Positions 21,461 to 30,511 of a stretch of 32,000 bases of DNA are shown piece by piece. Position 1 is the stretch's first letter. Each line of letters opens with the position of its first letter. The stretch is from Bacillus subtilis subsp. subtilis str. 168. Lineage in GTDB: Bacteria; Bacillota; Bacilli; Bacillales; Bacillaceae. The stretch is from assembly GCF_000009045.1 (NCBI RefSeq), contig NC_000964.3, positions 1,860,001 to 1,892,000 on the forward strand. The letters are read 5' to 3'. The position numbers and the translations under genes are program-made. The notes below the pieces were generated by a model that was given only the letters and a program-made list of their open reading frames with translations, was not told where the DNA came from and did not search any database.

Positions 21461-21970
21461 ATGACACTAGATGGTATTAAGAAAGCAGTTTCTAAATATG
21501 GTACATTCCCTATGTTTCATCATGGAGGATATGTCATGGAAGATGCTACTTTTCATTTCAAAGATCCTGCTAGTCCTCAAGAAATTAGCGATATAGAACA
21601 GAAGCTAGGTGTTACTTTCCCTAATGACTATAAAGAGTTTTTGTTACAGCACAATGGGATGGAAATGTTTGATGGGATTGAAATACTTAGCTTAGAGGGA
21701 ATCATTGAATATAATGAGGTTCAAGATTTCCCAGAGGGATACGTTTTAATTGGATATCATTTTGATGGAAGATATGTCATAGACACAAACAAATCAAAAA
21801 ATGGATTAGGCTATATGCTATATCTAGACTCAATTGATGATATTGAAGATGCGATTAACTTAGATTCTAATTTCGAGATATGGTTTGATATGCTAGTGTC
21901 TTTAAATGGAACGAAATATTGGGAAGTAAATCCGAATCTCCAAGAGTATTATAAACTGGTTTCAGAATAA
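21461..21970 (+). CDS. ynaB: SMI1/KNR4 (SUKH) family immunity-like protein, YnaB-like (start uncertain: 21461 or 21536)
   Basis: PQEISDIEQKLGVTFPNDYKEFLLQHNGMEMFDGIEILSLEGII is a canonical SUKH core. Confidence 0.8.
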   Translation: MTLDGIKKAVSKYGTFPMFHHGGYVMEDATFHFKDPASPQEISDIEQKLGVTFPNDYKEFLLQHNGMEMFDGIEILSLEGIIEYNEVQDFPEGYVLIGYHFDGRYVIDTNKSKNGLGYMLYLDSIDDIEDAINLDSNFEIWFDMLVSLNGTKYWEVNPNLQEYYKLVSE

Positions 21971-22039
21971 CACTTCGGCAAAAGAAAAAATTATGACTAA
22001 TTTCAACAACCAAAGAAACTGCAATTTGAGGGAAGTATA

Positions 22040-22831
22040 ATGACAATTTACGAGCAAATTAAGGATGCTTTGAAAAATAAGATCAATGAGTTGGTTTCAC
22101 CTCAAGAAGTAAAGAAAACCCTTCAAGAAAAATACGGAACTAATCCGGATAGCATTATTTTATCAGATTATTGTTATAACCGGTATAATAAGGGGATTTC
22201 TTTTAATAAGCACCTCTTTGAATATATGAATAGAAGTTCTTACAAATACTTAGGTGAAAACTCTCTTTATACAGGACTTATTTTCAGAAAATCAAAAGGG
22301 GAAGATAAGGAAGTTATCGTAGGCGAATGGGTAAACGGTGTTAAATCACTCCGAGAAGCTTCTGTTACTAATAACCAAATAAATGATCAAGCCGAAATCA
22401 TTAGTAAAGAACAACTTGTAAACCTTTATAATGAATATAACCAAATCCTGAGATATGAAATGAATGTATTGAACTGTAAGCCTACAGAATTGAGGCATTT
22501 AATTGGCAGAATCGGTGAATTCATTTGTGCAATCCAAACCAACGGCACTCTGGCACGTCAAACTAATCAGCATGGATTTGATGTTGTGAGTGATGGCAGA
22601 CGGATTAGTGTAAAAACAACAGCTCAATCAAGTGGTTTTATTTCGATAAATAAAAATACATTTTATGATTTTGATGATTTTTTTGTAGTTCAATACGTAA
22701 ATGATGATTTTAAAGTTATTTTCTTCGGCTCAAAGGAAGAAGTGCAAAAAATAAGCAGAATTTATGGAAGCCAATACGAAGTTGAAATTTCACTTCTTAA
22801 AAAGCTTAATAAGGAATACCAATTAAATTAA
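22040..22831 (+). CDS. ynaC: YnaC-like two-part protein with C-terminal PD-(D/E)XK-like fold
   Basis: 263 aa. LIGRIGEFICAIQTNG...TNQHGFDVVSDGRRISVKTTAQSSGF gives an E...D...(V/E)xK arrangement typical of restriction-endonuclease-like folds. Confidence 0.6.
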   Translation: MTIYEQIKDALKNKINELVSPQEVKKTLQEKYGTNPDSIILSDYCYNRYNKGISFNKHLFEYMNRSSYKYLGENSLYTGLIFRKSKGEDKEVIVGEWVNGVKSLREASVTNNQINDQAEIISKEQLVNLYNEYNQILRYEMNVLNCKPTELRHLIGRIGEFICAIQTNGTLARQTNQHGFDVVSDGRRISVKTTAQSSGFISINKNTFYDFDDFFVVQYVNDDFKVIFFGSKEEVQKISRIYGSQYEVEISLLKKLNKEYQLN

Positions 22832-22845
22832 ACAATCTTGTTGGT

Positions 22846-22884
22846 AACAAACATCCTCTTACTTATTGTAAGAGGATGTTTGTT
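22846..22884. terminator. Strong bidirectional hairpin after ynaC
   Basis: AACAAACATCCTCTTAC-TTATT-GTAAGAGGATGTTTGTT: 17-bp perfect stem, 5-nt loop. Confidence 0.9.
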
Positions 22885-22990
22885 TAATTCTTACATATTT
22901 TATCTTTGCAATCTGGCTTACGAGTTGCATCCACAGTAAATGATCTTACTTCGTCTTTAGTTTTGTCATAAATTCCCCATATTACCCCTC
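22884..22990 (-). pseudogene. Possible C-terminal coding remnant ...GVIWGIYDKTKDEVRSFTVDATRKPDCKDKICKN*
   Basis: Minus-strand reading frame ending directly at the bidirectional terminator. No start codon or RBS, and an in-frame stop upstream. Confidence 0.35.
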
Positions 22991-23165
22991 AGAGAAGGAT
23001 AGGGGGATTATTTTGGAGAATCATATTCCATTGCTTGTTCACAGTCAGTAATCCTTGAGTTGTTCTAGCAAGAGGCAATATTGTTGAATAAGAATAGTTT
23101 TAAAGAGGTTATTGTTGTCTTCATATTGAAATAAAGATTAAGTATATTAGAGGGGAGTTGCTTTA

Positions 23166-23678
23166 ATGCACATAACAACAAAAAGGTTATTGATACGTGA
23201 ATTTGAATTCAAAGATTGGCAAGCAGTATATGAGTATACATCTGATAGTAATGTAATGAAGTATATACCTGAAGGGGTTTTTACTGAAGAAGATGCAAAG
23301 GCATTTGTAAATAAAAACAAAGGTGATAACGCTGAAAAATTCCCTGTCATACTAAGAGATGAAGACTGTCTTATAGGCCATATTGTTTTTTATAAGTATT
23401 TTGGTGAACATACATATGAAATTGGGTGGGTGTTTAATCCCAATTATCAAAATAAAGGGTATGCTTCTGAGGCAGCCCAAGCTATCTTGGAATATGGATT
23501 TAAAGAAATGAACTTACATAGGATTATAGCTACGTGTCAACCTGAGAATATTCCCTCATACCGAGTTATGAAGAAGATTGGAATGAGAAGAGAAGGCTTT
23601 TTTAAAAAATGTATTCCAAAAGGCAATGAATGGTGGGATGAATATTATTACGCTATTTTAGAGGAAGAGTGGAATTGA
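23166..23678 (+). CDS. ynaD: GNAT-family N-acetyltransferase (RimJ/RimL type), YnaD
   Basis: 170 aa. RLLIREFEFKDWQAVYEYTSD, IGWVFNPNYQNKGYASEAAQAILEYGFKEMNLHRI. Confidence 0.9.
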   Translation: MHITTKRLLIREFEFKDWQAVYEYTSDSNVMKYIPEGVFTEEDAKAFVNKNKGDNAEKFPVILRDEDCLIGHIVFYKYFGEHTYEIGWVFNPNYQNKGYASEAAQAILEYGFKEMNLHRIIATCQPENIPSYRVMKKIGMRREGFFKKCIPKGNEWWDEYYYAILEEEWN

Positions 23679-24237
23679 ACTTTATTGAGTGCGGCAATAC
23701 AAACAAATTATCACCCTCTACTTAGAACATATTAGTTAAATGAAGGTGATATATAAAGTGATATGACAGTGATTAAATGGGATTCAATGAGCTCCGGTGA
23801 ATTGTTTTTAGGTGAGTTCACTAAGGATGATACCTGATACGCAGCCATACCATTCGAGCGTTAATCATTTTATAACTGATCTTTTCACTTTTGCCCACGG
23901 GGGAATAAGACCCTATTTAAGTTTGCCAGACGATTGTTTGATCCGTTGTTGATGATTGTCAGGATTTTTTGTGAAGGAATATCTTTATATAGTGGTTGAT
24001 TATTCCCTTCTGGTAAAAATTGATCTATGTTGAATTGCTTAACATGTCATTGAACTCAGAGAATAAAGTGAACCTGCCACAGATGTTCATTATCTTTTAG
24101 GGGGTTCCAAAAAGACCGTATTCCTATCGATCGCTCAGAGTGAAAATGGTATACTAAAGTTACAATCACAGGAAGGAATTACAATTTTTTTAGATCTACA
24201 TAAAATCATCTGATTAACCGAAAGTGAGAATGTGTGA

Positions 24238-24879
24238 ATGAATTTAATAGGGTATATTGAGGAAAGGTTTCAAAACCTCGAATTAATTCCTAGCATCTAT
24301 AATCAATGGGGCACAGGAATCCATTTTTGTCTTGGGGAAAATATCTATCAACTCAAAGCAAATGAAGAATTGAATTTAAAGATGTTTCGGATTGTATATG
24401 AACAAACCTCAATCATTTTTAATGAATTATTTGAACAAAATGATGACATATTCCTTGTGACGAATATGTATAAGCACAAAAAGAAAGAGAAATGTATAAG
24501 AAAATTAAAGGTGTATCAACCGTTTCTAAAATGTAAAAATCATTTGAATCAAATTATGGTGAAGACATATCCCTATCCTTTCGAAATCAATAAAGCTGAA
24601 GAATACGAGATGCAACAATTTTCCCTGTTATGCAAACCTCGAGACTTACGTGTAACTGAATTACTTAAAGCAGCCAGTAATGAGGATTTTCCACAAAAAC
24701 CGAAATTCGGAGGTTACTCTATTGATTACCCTGATGTTTTCTTTGTGAACATTACAAAAGACATTATTTTCTTTATCTATGATGACCGCGGATGCGAAGT
24801 CATAGCTCATGATTTCAAACGAATACGTCCACTTTATGAAAAATATCACGACTGGGTAGAAGAGTATAAGTGCATGTAA
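24238..24879 (+). CDS. ynaE: DUF3885-like protein (YnaE)
   Basis: 213 aa. YNQWGTGIHFCLG..., FFVNITKDIIFFIYDDRGCEVIAHDFKRIRPLYEKYHDWV resembles DUF3885 proteins. Confidence 0.7.
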   Translation: MNLIGYIEERFQNLELIPSIYNQWGTGIHFCLGENIYQLKANEELNLKMFRIVYEQTSIIFNELFEQNDDIFLVTNMYKHKKKEKCIRKLKVYQPFLKCKNHLNQIMVKTYPYPFEINKAEEYEMQQFSLLCKPRDLRVTELLKAASNEDFPQKPKFGGYSIDYPDVFFVNITKDIIFFIYDDRGCEVIAHDFKRIRPLYEKYHDWVEEYKCM

Positions 24880-25321
24880 TACTTTTTTTAAAAACGATTT
24901 ATCAGGAAAGGCAGAATTAGATTATGAGGGCCTTACATACAAGATGTAAACGGTTATTGAAACTAAGATGGTATTATGTGATGATGAGAGATCTGCATTT
25001 TTATTAGTACTTGATGAAAGATTAGTGGATTTTGATTCTCAAGGTGGAAACCATATTAGTGTTTATTTAGTTACTCACTTTGAGTTATCTGATCAATCGT
25101 ATAAAGATGTATTAAGCTTTAATGATGATCTTTTGGGTATGGAGCATAACTGTTCGTATGCAATGGATATTCTAAGCGTTAAAGAGGAACTTGATTTCGA
25201 TTTCCCATTTAATATGCTTGCAATAAAAAGCTATGTACAAGAATTAATAAAAATGTTAGGGATTGATATCACTCTGCCTGAAATGAAAGAAAGAGATTTT
25301 GACAAACTTTCTCAAAACTAA
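24860..25321 (+). pseudogene. Interrupted gene: ...KNDLSGKAELDYEGLTYKM*TVIETKMVLCDDERSAFLLVLDERLVDFDS...
   Basis: The 117-aa ORF 24968..25321 has no RBS. The same frame is open upstream from 24860 apart from a single TAA at 24947-24949, and reads as coherent protein. Confidence 0.6.
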
Positions 25322-25364
25322 ATAAAACTACTATTTTTAAAGAGAACGGAGACTTGCTTTCAAT

Positions 25365-25640
25365 ATGAATGTTAAAAAAGCTGCAGCTGTTTTTTCAATC
25401 ACTATTCCAATTATCTCAGCCATCTTAATTATTAATTTTTTTACAGGATTTATGTCAATTCCATGGCAAGGAATGCCGGTGTTTTTTCCATTATTACTTT
25501 CTCCTATAGGAATCATTTTAGCGTTCGTTTCAATAAAGACAAATAAACGGTGTGCTGTATATGGGATTGTCTTAAATGCAATTATGTTTCCATTTCCTTT
25601 TTTCTGGTTTATCGGAGGGGCTTTGTTATTTGGAGTTTAA
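25365..25640 (+). CDS. ynaG: Small integral membrane protein (YnaG-like, 91 aa)
   Basis: Several hydrophobic segments. ATG 25365 is preceded by AGAGAACGGAGA. Confidence 0.7.
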   Translation: MNVKKAAAVFSITIPIISAILIINFFTGFMSIPWQGMPVFFPLLLSPIGIILAFVSIKTNKRCAVYGIVLNAIMFPFPFFWFIGGALLFGV

Positions 25641-25752
25641 AATCCATTAGGCATTACGCTTATACATTGGTATTTTCGAGCTTGTCAAAAGAAGGAATAA
25701 AAAAACTTCAGAATTGCTTGGCTTTACTTTATGTTGAAAGGGGTCGAGTAAG

Positions 25753-25917
25753 GTGGATAGGAAAAAGGATGAAATACAAAGAAAATATAGGGAACAAATG
25801 AGGGAGAAGAAAGAACGAGAAAAAGAAGATGGCAGTTCACATACTTTTGAAATTGTTGTTGTGCTAGCCATTATCATTTTGATGTTTTTCTTTAATTCAG
25901 TTTTCAAGGCTTTTTAG
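25753..25917 (+). CDS. Short single-pass membrane protein (54 aa): MDRKKDEIQRKYREQMREKKEREKEDGSSHTFEIVVVLAIIILMFFFNSVFKAF
   Basis: GTG 25753 to TAG 25917, absent from the supplied ORF track (below its length cut-off). Charged N-terminus followed by one TM helix. Confidence 0.5.
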   Translation: MDRKKDEIQRKYREQMREKKEREKEDGSSHTFEIVVVLAIIILMFFFNSVFKAF

Positions 25918-26056
25918 ATATTGTACAGATGACTTTCAGGATGTTTGAAAAAATAACCCTTTGAGATATATACCGCATGAAAGTATTGAAGGACTTATGA
26001 AAATTCAAGAGCCAGTTGAATCTTAATAATTAATCACCAAATAATGGGGATGTAAA

Positions 26057-26527
26057 ATGAAGTTGTATAATGAATTTATCAATATAGCTAAAACGTTTAA
26101 TAAAGAGTTAGACATAATTCCATTATTATATGGATCTTTAGGTCTTGAAAAGGTAACTGGGTTAGACTTTTCCCCAGAAGATATTGATCTCCTTATTCCT
26201 TTAATTTTTTTAGAGGAAAAGTGGGAAAAACTAAAAAAAGTGATGGAACTGCATGGATACAAAATGGTTGATTTACATGAGCATGAATTTAAGAAAACTA
26301 ATACAAAAATAGGCATTTCTTACATTGAGGATTTAAAACCATTTGCAGATGTAGACTATAATAACCTAGAGATTTTTGAAGATGGCGGAGCGAAATATCA
26401 TTTGCTAACGATTGATGATTACCTCAAGATTTATAAAAAGTCTTTATTAGATGGTTATAGAAGAAGGAAGAAGAATCATAAAGACCAAAGTAAAATTAAC
26501 ATATTGAATAAATTAATACGGAATTAA
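26057..26527 (+). CDS. Nucleotidyltransferase-superfamily-like protein (156 aa)
   Basis: LLYGSLGLEKVTGLDFSPEDIDLLIP resembles the GS-x(n)-D-x-D active site of MNT folds. GGGGATG upstream of ATG 26057. Confidence 0.55.
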   Translation: MKLYNEFINIAKTFNKELDIIPLLYGSLGLEKVTGLDFSPEDIDLLIPLIFLEEKWEKLKKVMELHGYKMVDLHEHEFKKTNTKIGISYIEDLKPFADVDYNNLEIFEDGGAKYHLLTIDDYLKIYKKSLLDGYRRRKKNHKDQSKINILNKLIRN

Positions 26528-26995
26528 TTTCTGTATTCCCTTTTGTTTCCAGTCTCAATTAAAATTTTTAAGATTAAAATAAGTTTGAAGGAAAAATCAT
26601 AGTGTTTAACACAGCCATTAATCCTCAGACAGTCAAATAGCCATTTCTACTCCGGTTGAAAGCTTCTCTATTTTTGCTTCTTATTTATCTTTCCTGTATT
26701 GATATATGTATGTAGGGTTGGACTTATAACATAAACTATTCTGGCCATTCCGTTCTTTCAATTCATGACCGGGCTTGCCATCAGCATAAATCTAGGCTAA
26801 CAGTCTCCATACATCCTGTGATCACCTTTATCAAACTCTTAAATGCAACTTACCACTAACCAATTCTTTATTTCGCATAGATCATCTTTGTCATGTGTTT
26901 ACACAAGAATCTGTTTTGGACTGAGACACTGAATATAACAAAACAGTCAAAAATCAATATTTAATTCATTCTGTTTAAACTTTCTGAAAAAGATG

Positions 26996-27058
26996 TTGAA
27001 AAAGTCGAAAGGATTTTATAATATTAAGTCAAGTTAGTTTGTTTGATCAACAAACTAA
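26996..27058 (+). promoter_or_regulatory. xynPB promoter and XylR operator
   Basis: TTGAAA 26996-27001, TATAAT 27017-27022, operator TTAGTTTGTTTGATCAACAAACTAA 27034-27058. Confidence 0.92.
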
Positions 27059-27253
27059 TGAAATGAACTTTCATTATCCACAAGATAAGATCTTACTAAT
27101 ATGGATGGAAGGGGGATAAGAGGGTCGATTTAATGGAGCTAAACAATATAAGAAACGAAAGAATGAGGCTTTTATCCTTTTCCAGGTATATAAGGTATGA
27201 CGAAAAAAGATGAATTTTTTGCTTGCTGATCACCATATTTTTTTGCACTGTTT

Positions 27254-27267
27254 TGAAAGCGCTTTTA
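27254..27267 (+). promoter_or_regulatory. Catabolite-responsive element (cre) in the xynP leader
   Basis: TGAAAGCGCTTTTA closely matches WTGNAANCGNWNNCW-type cre. Confidence 0.8.
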
Positions 27268-27351
27268 TAAAAGTTTACTGACCGTAAATTCGAGAAATTG
27301 TTATACCGTTTCACACTGTTCCATATTAAAGGATCGAAAAGGGGAGAAATC

Positions 27352-28743
27352 ATGCTCAGTGAAAATGTAAAGAAGATTAGCATGGTTGAAAAAGTTGGAT
27401 ATGCGTCTGGAGATTTTGCTTGTAATTTAATTTATGCAACAGTGTCTACGTATCTTTTGTTCTTCTATACAGATGTTTTTGGTTTATCGGCAGCAGCAGC
27501 CGGTACTATGTTTTTAGTGGTTAGAATAATCGACGCTCTCGCTGATCCTTTTATCGGAACAATAGTTGACAGAACGAACAGCAGATTTGGACGCTTTAGA
27601 CCGTATCTTTTATTCGGAGCTTTTCCATTTGTCATACTGGCAATACTCTGTTTTACAACACCAGACTTTTCGGATATGGGGAAATTAATATATGCCTATA
27701 TAACCTATGTTGGCTTGTCGCTTACATACACAACGATAAACGTTCCATATGGCGCGTTAACTTCTGCAATGACTAGAAATAATCAAGAAGTTGTTAGTAT
27801 AACTTCTGTTCGCATGTTATTTGCGAATCTTGGGGGACTTGTCGTTGCATTTTTTGTTCCCTTACTGGCTGCTTATTTAAGCGATACTTCCGGCAACGAG
27901 TCTCTTGGCTGGCAACTAACCATGGGTATTTTGGGAATGATAGGCGGGTGCCTTTTAATCTTTTGTTTTAAAAGCACAAAAGAGCGGGTCACTCTTCAAA
28001 AATCCGAAGAGAAAATTAAATTTACGGATATATTTGAGCAGTTTCGTGTTAATCGTCCACTTGTTGTATTAAGTATTTTCTTTATTATTATTTTTGGAGT
28101 GAATTCCATCAGTAATTCGGTTGGCATTTACTACGTAACGTATAACTTAGAAAGAGAGGATTTGGTGAAGTGGTACGGTTTGATAGGAAGTTTACCCGCT
28201 TTGGTCATTTTACCGTTTATTCCAAGGCTTCATCAATTTTTGGGGAAAAAGAAATTACTAAACTATGCATTATTACTGAATATTATAGGCCTCTTAGCTT
28301 TACTGTTTGTTCCGCCAAGTAATGTTTACCTCATACTTGTCTGTCGATTAATCGCTGCTGCTGGAAGTCTCACTGCCGGGGGATATATGTGGGCGCTTAT
28401 TCCTGAAACAATTGAATATGGAGAGTACAGGACTGGGAAAAGAATGGGTGGGCTCATTTACGCTATAATCGGATTTTTCTTTAAGTTTGGTATGGCCTTA
28501 GGAGGAGTTGTTCCGGGTCTGGTTCTTGATAAGTTTGGATATGTAGCAAATCAGGCACAAACCCCGGCGGCCTTAATGGGGATTTTAATTACAACAACCA
28601 TTATTCCCGTGTTCTTGCTTGTTCTAGCTTTAATTGATATTAATTTCTATAACTTAGATGAGAAAAAATATAAAAACATGGTTCGAGAATTAGAGAATAG
28701 AGACAAAGTTTATTTGGATCATATTGATGATTTCAAGGCTTAA
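27352..28743 (+). CDS. xynP: Xyloside/oligosaccharide GPH-family symporter XynP (463 aa)
   Basis: GGGGAG precedes ATG 27352. KVGYASGDFACNLIYATVSTYLLFFYTDVFG, VRIIDALADPFIGTIVDRT. Confidence 0.96.
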   Translation: MLSENVKKISMVEKVGYASGDFACNLIYATVSTYLLFFYTDVFGLSAAAAGTMFLVVRIIDALADPFIGTIVDRTNSRFGRFRPYLLFGAFPFVILAILCFTTPDFSDMGKLIYAYITYVGLSLTYTTINVPYGALTSAMTRNNQEVVSITSVRMLFANLGGLVVAFFVPLLAAYLSDTSGNESLGWQLTMGILGMIGGCLLIFCFKSTKERVTLQKSEEKIKFTDIFEQFRVNRPLVVLSIFFIIIFGVNSISNSVGIYYVTYNLEREDLVKWYGLIGSLPALVILPFIPRLHQFLGKKKLLNYALLLNIIGLLALLFVPPSNVYLILVCRLIAAAGSLTAGGYMWALIPETIEYGEYRTGKRMGGLIYAIIGFFFKFGMALGGVVPGLVLDKFGYVANQAQTPAALMGILITTTIIPVFLLVLALIDINFYNLDEKKYKNMVRELENRDKVYLDHIDDFKA

Positions 28744-28773
28744 AAAAGAAAATAAACTGAGGAGGAGTCCCAA

Positions 28774-30375
28774 ATGAAGATTACCAATCCCGTACTTAAA
28801 GGATTCAATCCCGATCCAAGTATTTGTAGAGCAGGAGAGGATTATTATATCGCTGTATCTACATTTGAGTGGTTTCCGGGAGTCCAGATACACCACTCAA
28901 AAGATTTAGTAAATTGGCACTTAGTTGCACATCCATTACAGAGAGTTTCACAATTAGACATGAAAGGAAACCCAAATTCAGGTGGAGTTTGGGCACCATG
29001 TTTAAGCTATAGTGATGGGAAGTTTTGGCTGATCTATACGGATGTTAAGGTAGTAGATGGCGCATGGAAAGATTGTCACAATTATTTAGTTACTTGTGAA
29101 ACGATTAATGGTGATTGGAGTGAGCCGATTAAATTAAATAGCTCGGGGTTTGATGCTTCTTTGTTCCATGATACGGATGGAAAAAAGTATTTATTAAATA
29201 TGTTATGGGATCACCGTATTGATCGGCACTCATTTGGAGGAATTGTTATACAGGAATATTCTGATAAAGAGCAAAAATTAATCGGTAAACCAAAAGTTAT
29301 ATTTGAAGGAACTGATAGAAAACTGACAGAAGCTCCGCATCTTTATCATATCGGGAACTATTATTATTTATTAACTGCAGAAGGAGGAACACGGTACGAA
29401 CATGCTGCTACAATTGCTCGTTCTGCAAATATTGAGGGGCCATATGAAGTTCATCCCGATAATCCAATTTTAACGTCATGGCATGACCCAGGAAATCCAT
29501 TGCAAAAATGTGGTCATGCATCCATTGTTCAAACACATACAGATGAGTGGTATTTAGCTCATTTAACGGGACGTCCTATTCATCCTGACGATGATTCAAT
29601 TTTTCAGCAGAGAGGATACTGTCCTTTGGGCAGAGAAACAGCTATTCAAAAACTTTACTGGAAAGATGAATGGCCCTATGTAGTAGGTGGAAAAGAAGGA
29701 AGCTTGGAGGTAGATGCACCTTCTATACCCGAAACAATATTTGAAGCAACGTACCCGGAAGTTGATGAATTTGAGGATTCAACATTAAATATAAATTTTC
29801 AAACTTTAAGGATTCCATTCACGAATGAATTAGGTTCATTGACTCAAGCGCCAAATCATTTACGATTATTCGGTCATGAATCATTGACCTCGACATTTAC
29901 TCAGGCATTTGTAGCCAGACGCTGGCAAAGTCTCCATTTTGAAGCCGAAACTGCTGTTGAGTTTTATCCGGAAAATTTTCAACAAGCCGCTGGGTTGGTG
30001 AATTACTACAATACAGAGAACTGGACGGCTCTTCAAGTCACGCATGATGAAGAACTTGGGCGCATTCTTGAATTAACAATATGTGACAACTTTTCTTTTT
30101 CACAGCCATTAAATAATAAAATTGTTATTCCTCGTGAAGTAAAGTATGTATATTTAAGAGTAAATATTGAAAAGGACAAATATTATTATTTCTATTCTTT
30201 TAACAAAGAAGATTGGCACAAAATTGACATTGCACTGGAATCGAAAAAATTATCAGATGATTATATCCGTGGGGGAGGATTCTTCACAGGGGCCTTTGTA
30301 GGGATGCAATGCCAAGATACCAGTGGTAATCATATTCCGGCCGACTTTAGATATTTTCGTTATAAAGAAAAATAA
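28774..30375 (+). CDS. xynB: GH43 xylan 1,4-beta-xylosidase XynB
   Basis: 533 aa. [54 protein letters not shown]. Confidence 0.98.
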   Translation: MKITNPVLKGFNPDPSICRAGEDYYIAVSTFEWFPGVQIHHSKDLVNWHLVAHPLQRVSQLDMKGNPNSGGVWAPCLSYSDGKFWLIYTDVKVVDGAWKDCHNYLVTCETINGDWSEPIKLNSSGFDASLFHDTDGKKYLLNMLWDHRIDRHSFGGIVIQEYSDKEQKLIGKPKVIFEGTDRKLTEAPHLYHIGNYYYLLTAEGGTRYEHAATIARSANIEGPYEVHPDNPILTSWHDPGNPLQKCGHASIVQTHTDEWYLAHLTGRPIHPDDDSIFQQRGYCPLGRETAIQKLYWKDEWPYVVGGKEGSLEVDAPSIPETIFEATYPEVDEFEDSTLNINFQTLRIPFTNELGSLTQAPNHLRLFGHESLTSTFTQAFVARRWQSLHFEAETAVEFYPENFQQAAGLVNYYNTENWTALQVTHDEELGRILELTICDNFSFSQPLNNKIVIPREVKYVYLRVNIEKDKYYYFYSFNKEDWHKIDIALESKKLSDDYIRGGGFFTGAFVGMQCQDTSGNHIPADFRYFRYKEK

Positions 30376-30385
30376 TTTGCACATG

Positions 30386-30418
30386 AAAAAGGAGATTTCT
30401 ATTTTAGAACTCCTTTTT
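30386..30418. terminator. xynPB terminator
   Basis: AAAAAGGAG...CTCCTTTTT with internal TTCTA/TAGAA pairing. Confidence 0.8.
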
Positions 30419-30467
30419 CATATGAGAAGGTGCCATGTCACTATTGCTTCAGAAATACTCCTAGAAT

Positions 30468-30495
30468 AAAAAAACTCATCTTTAAAGATGAGCTG
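30468..30495 (-). terminator. xylR terminator
   Basis: On the minus strand: GCTCATCTTTAAAGATGAGTTTTTTTATT. Confidence 0.8.
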
Positions 30496-30511
30496 TCCAT
30501 TCCATAAAAAA

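Noticed and set aside
25550-25801. Plus-strand 83-aa ORF overlapping ynaG and the 54-aa ORF
   Set aside because: Out of frame with both better candidates; no RBS and translation lacks domain features.
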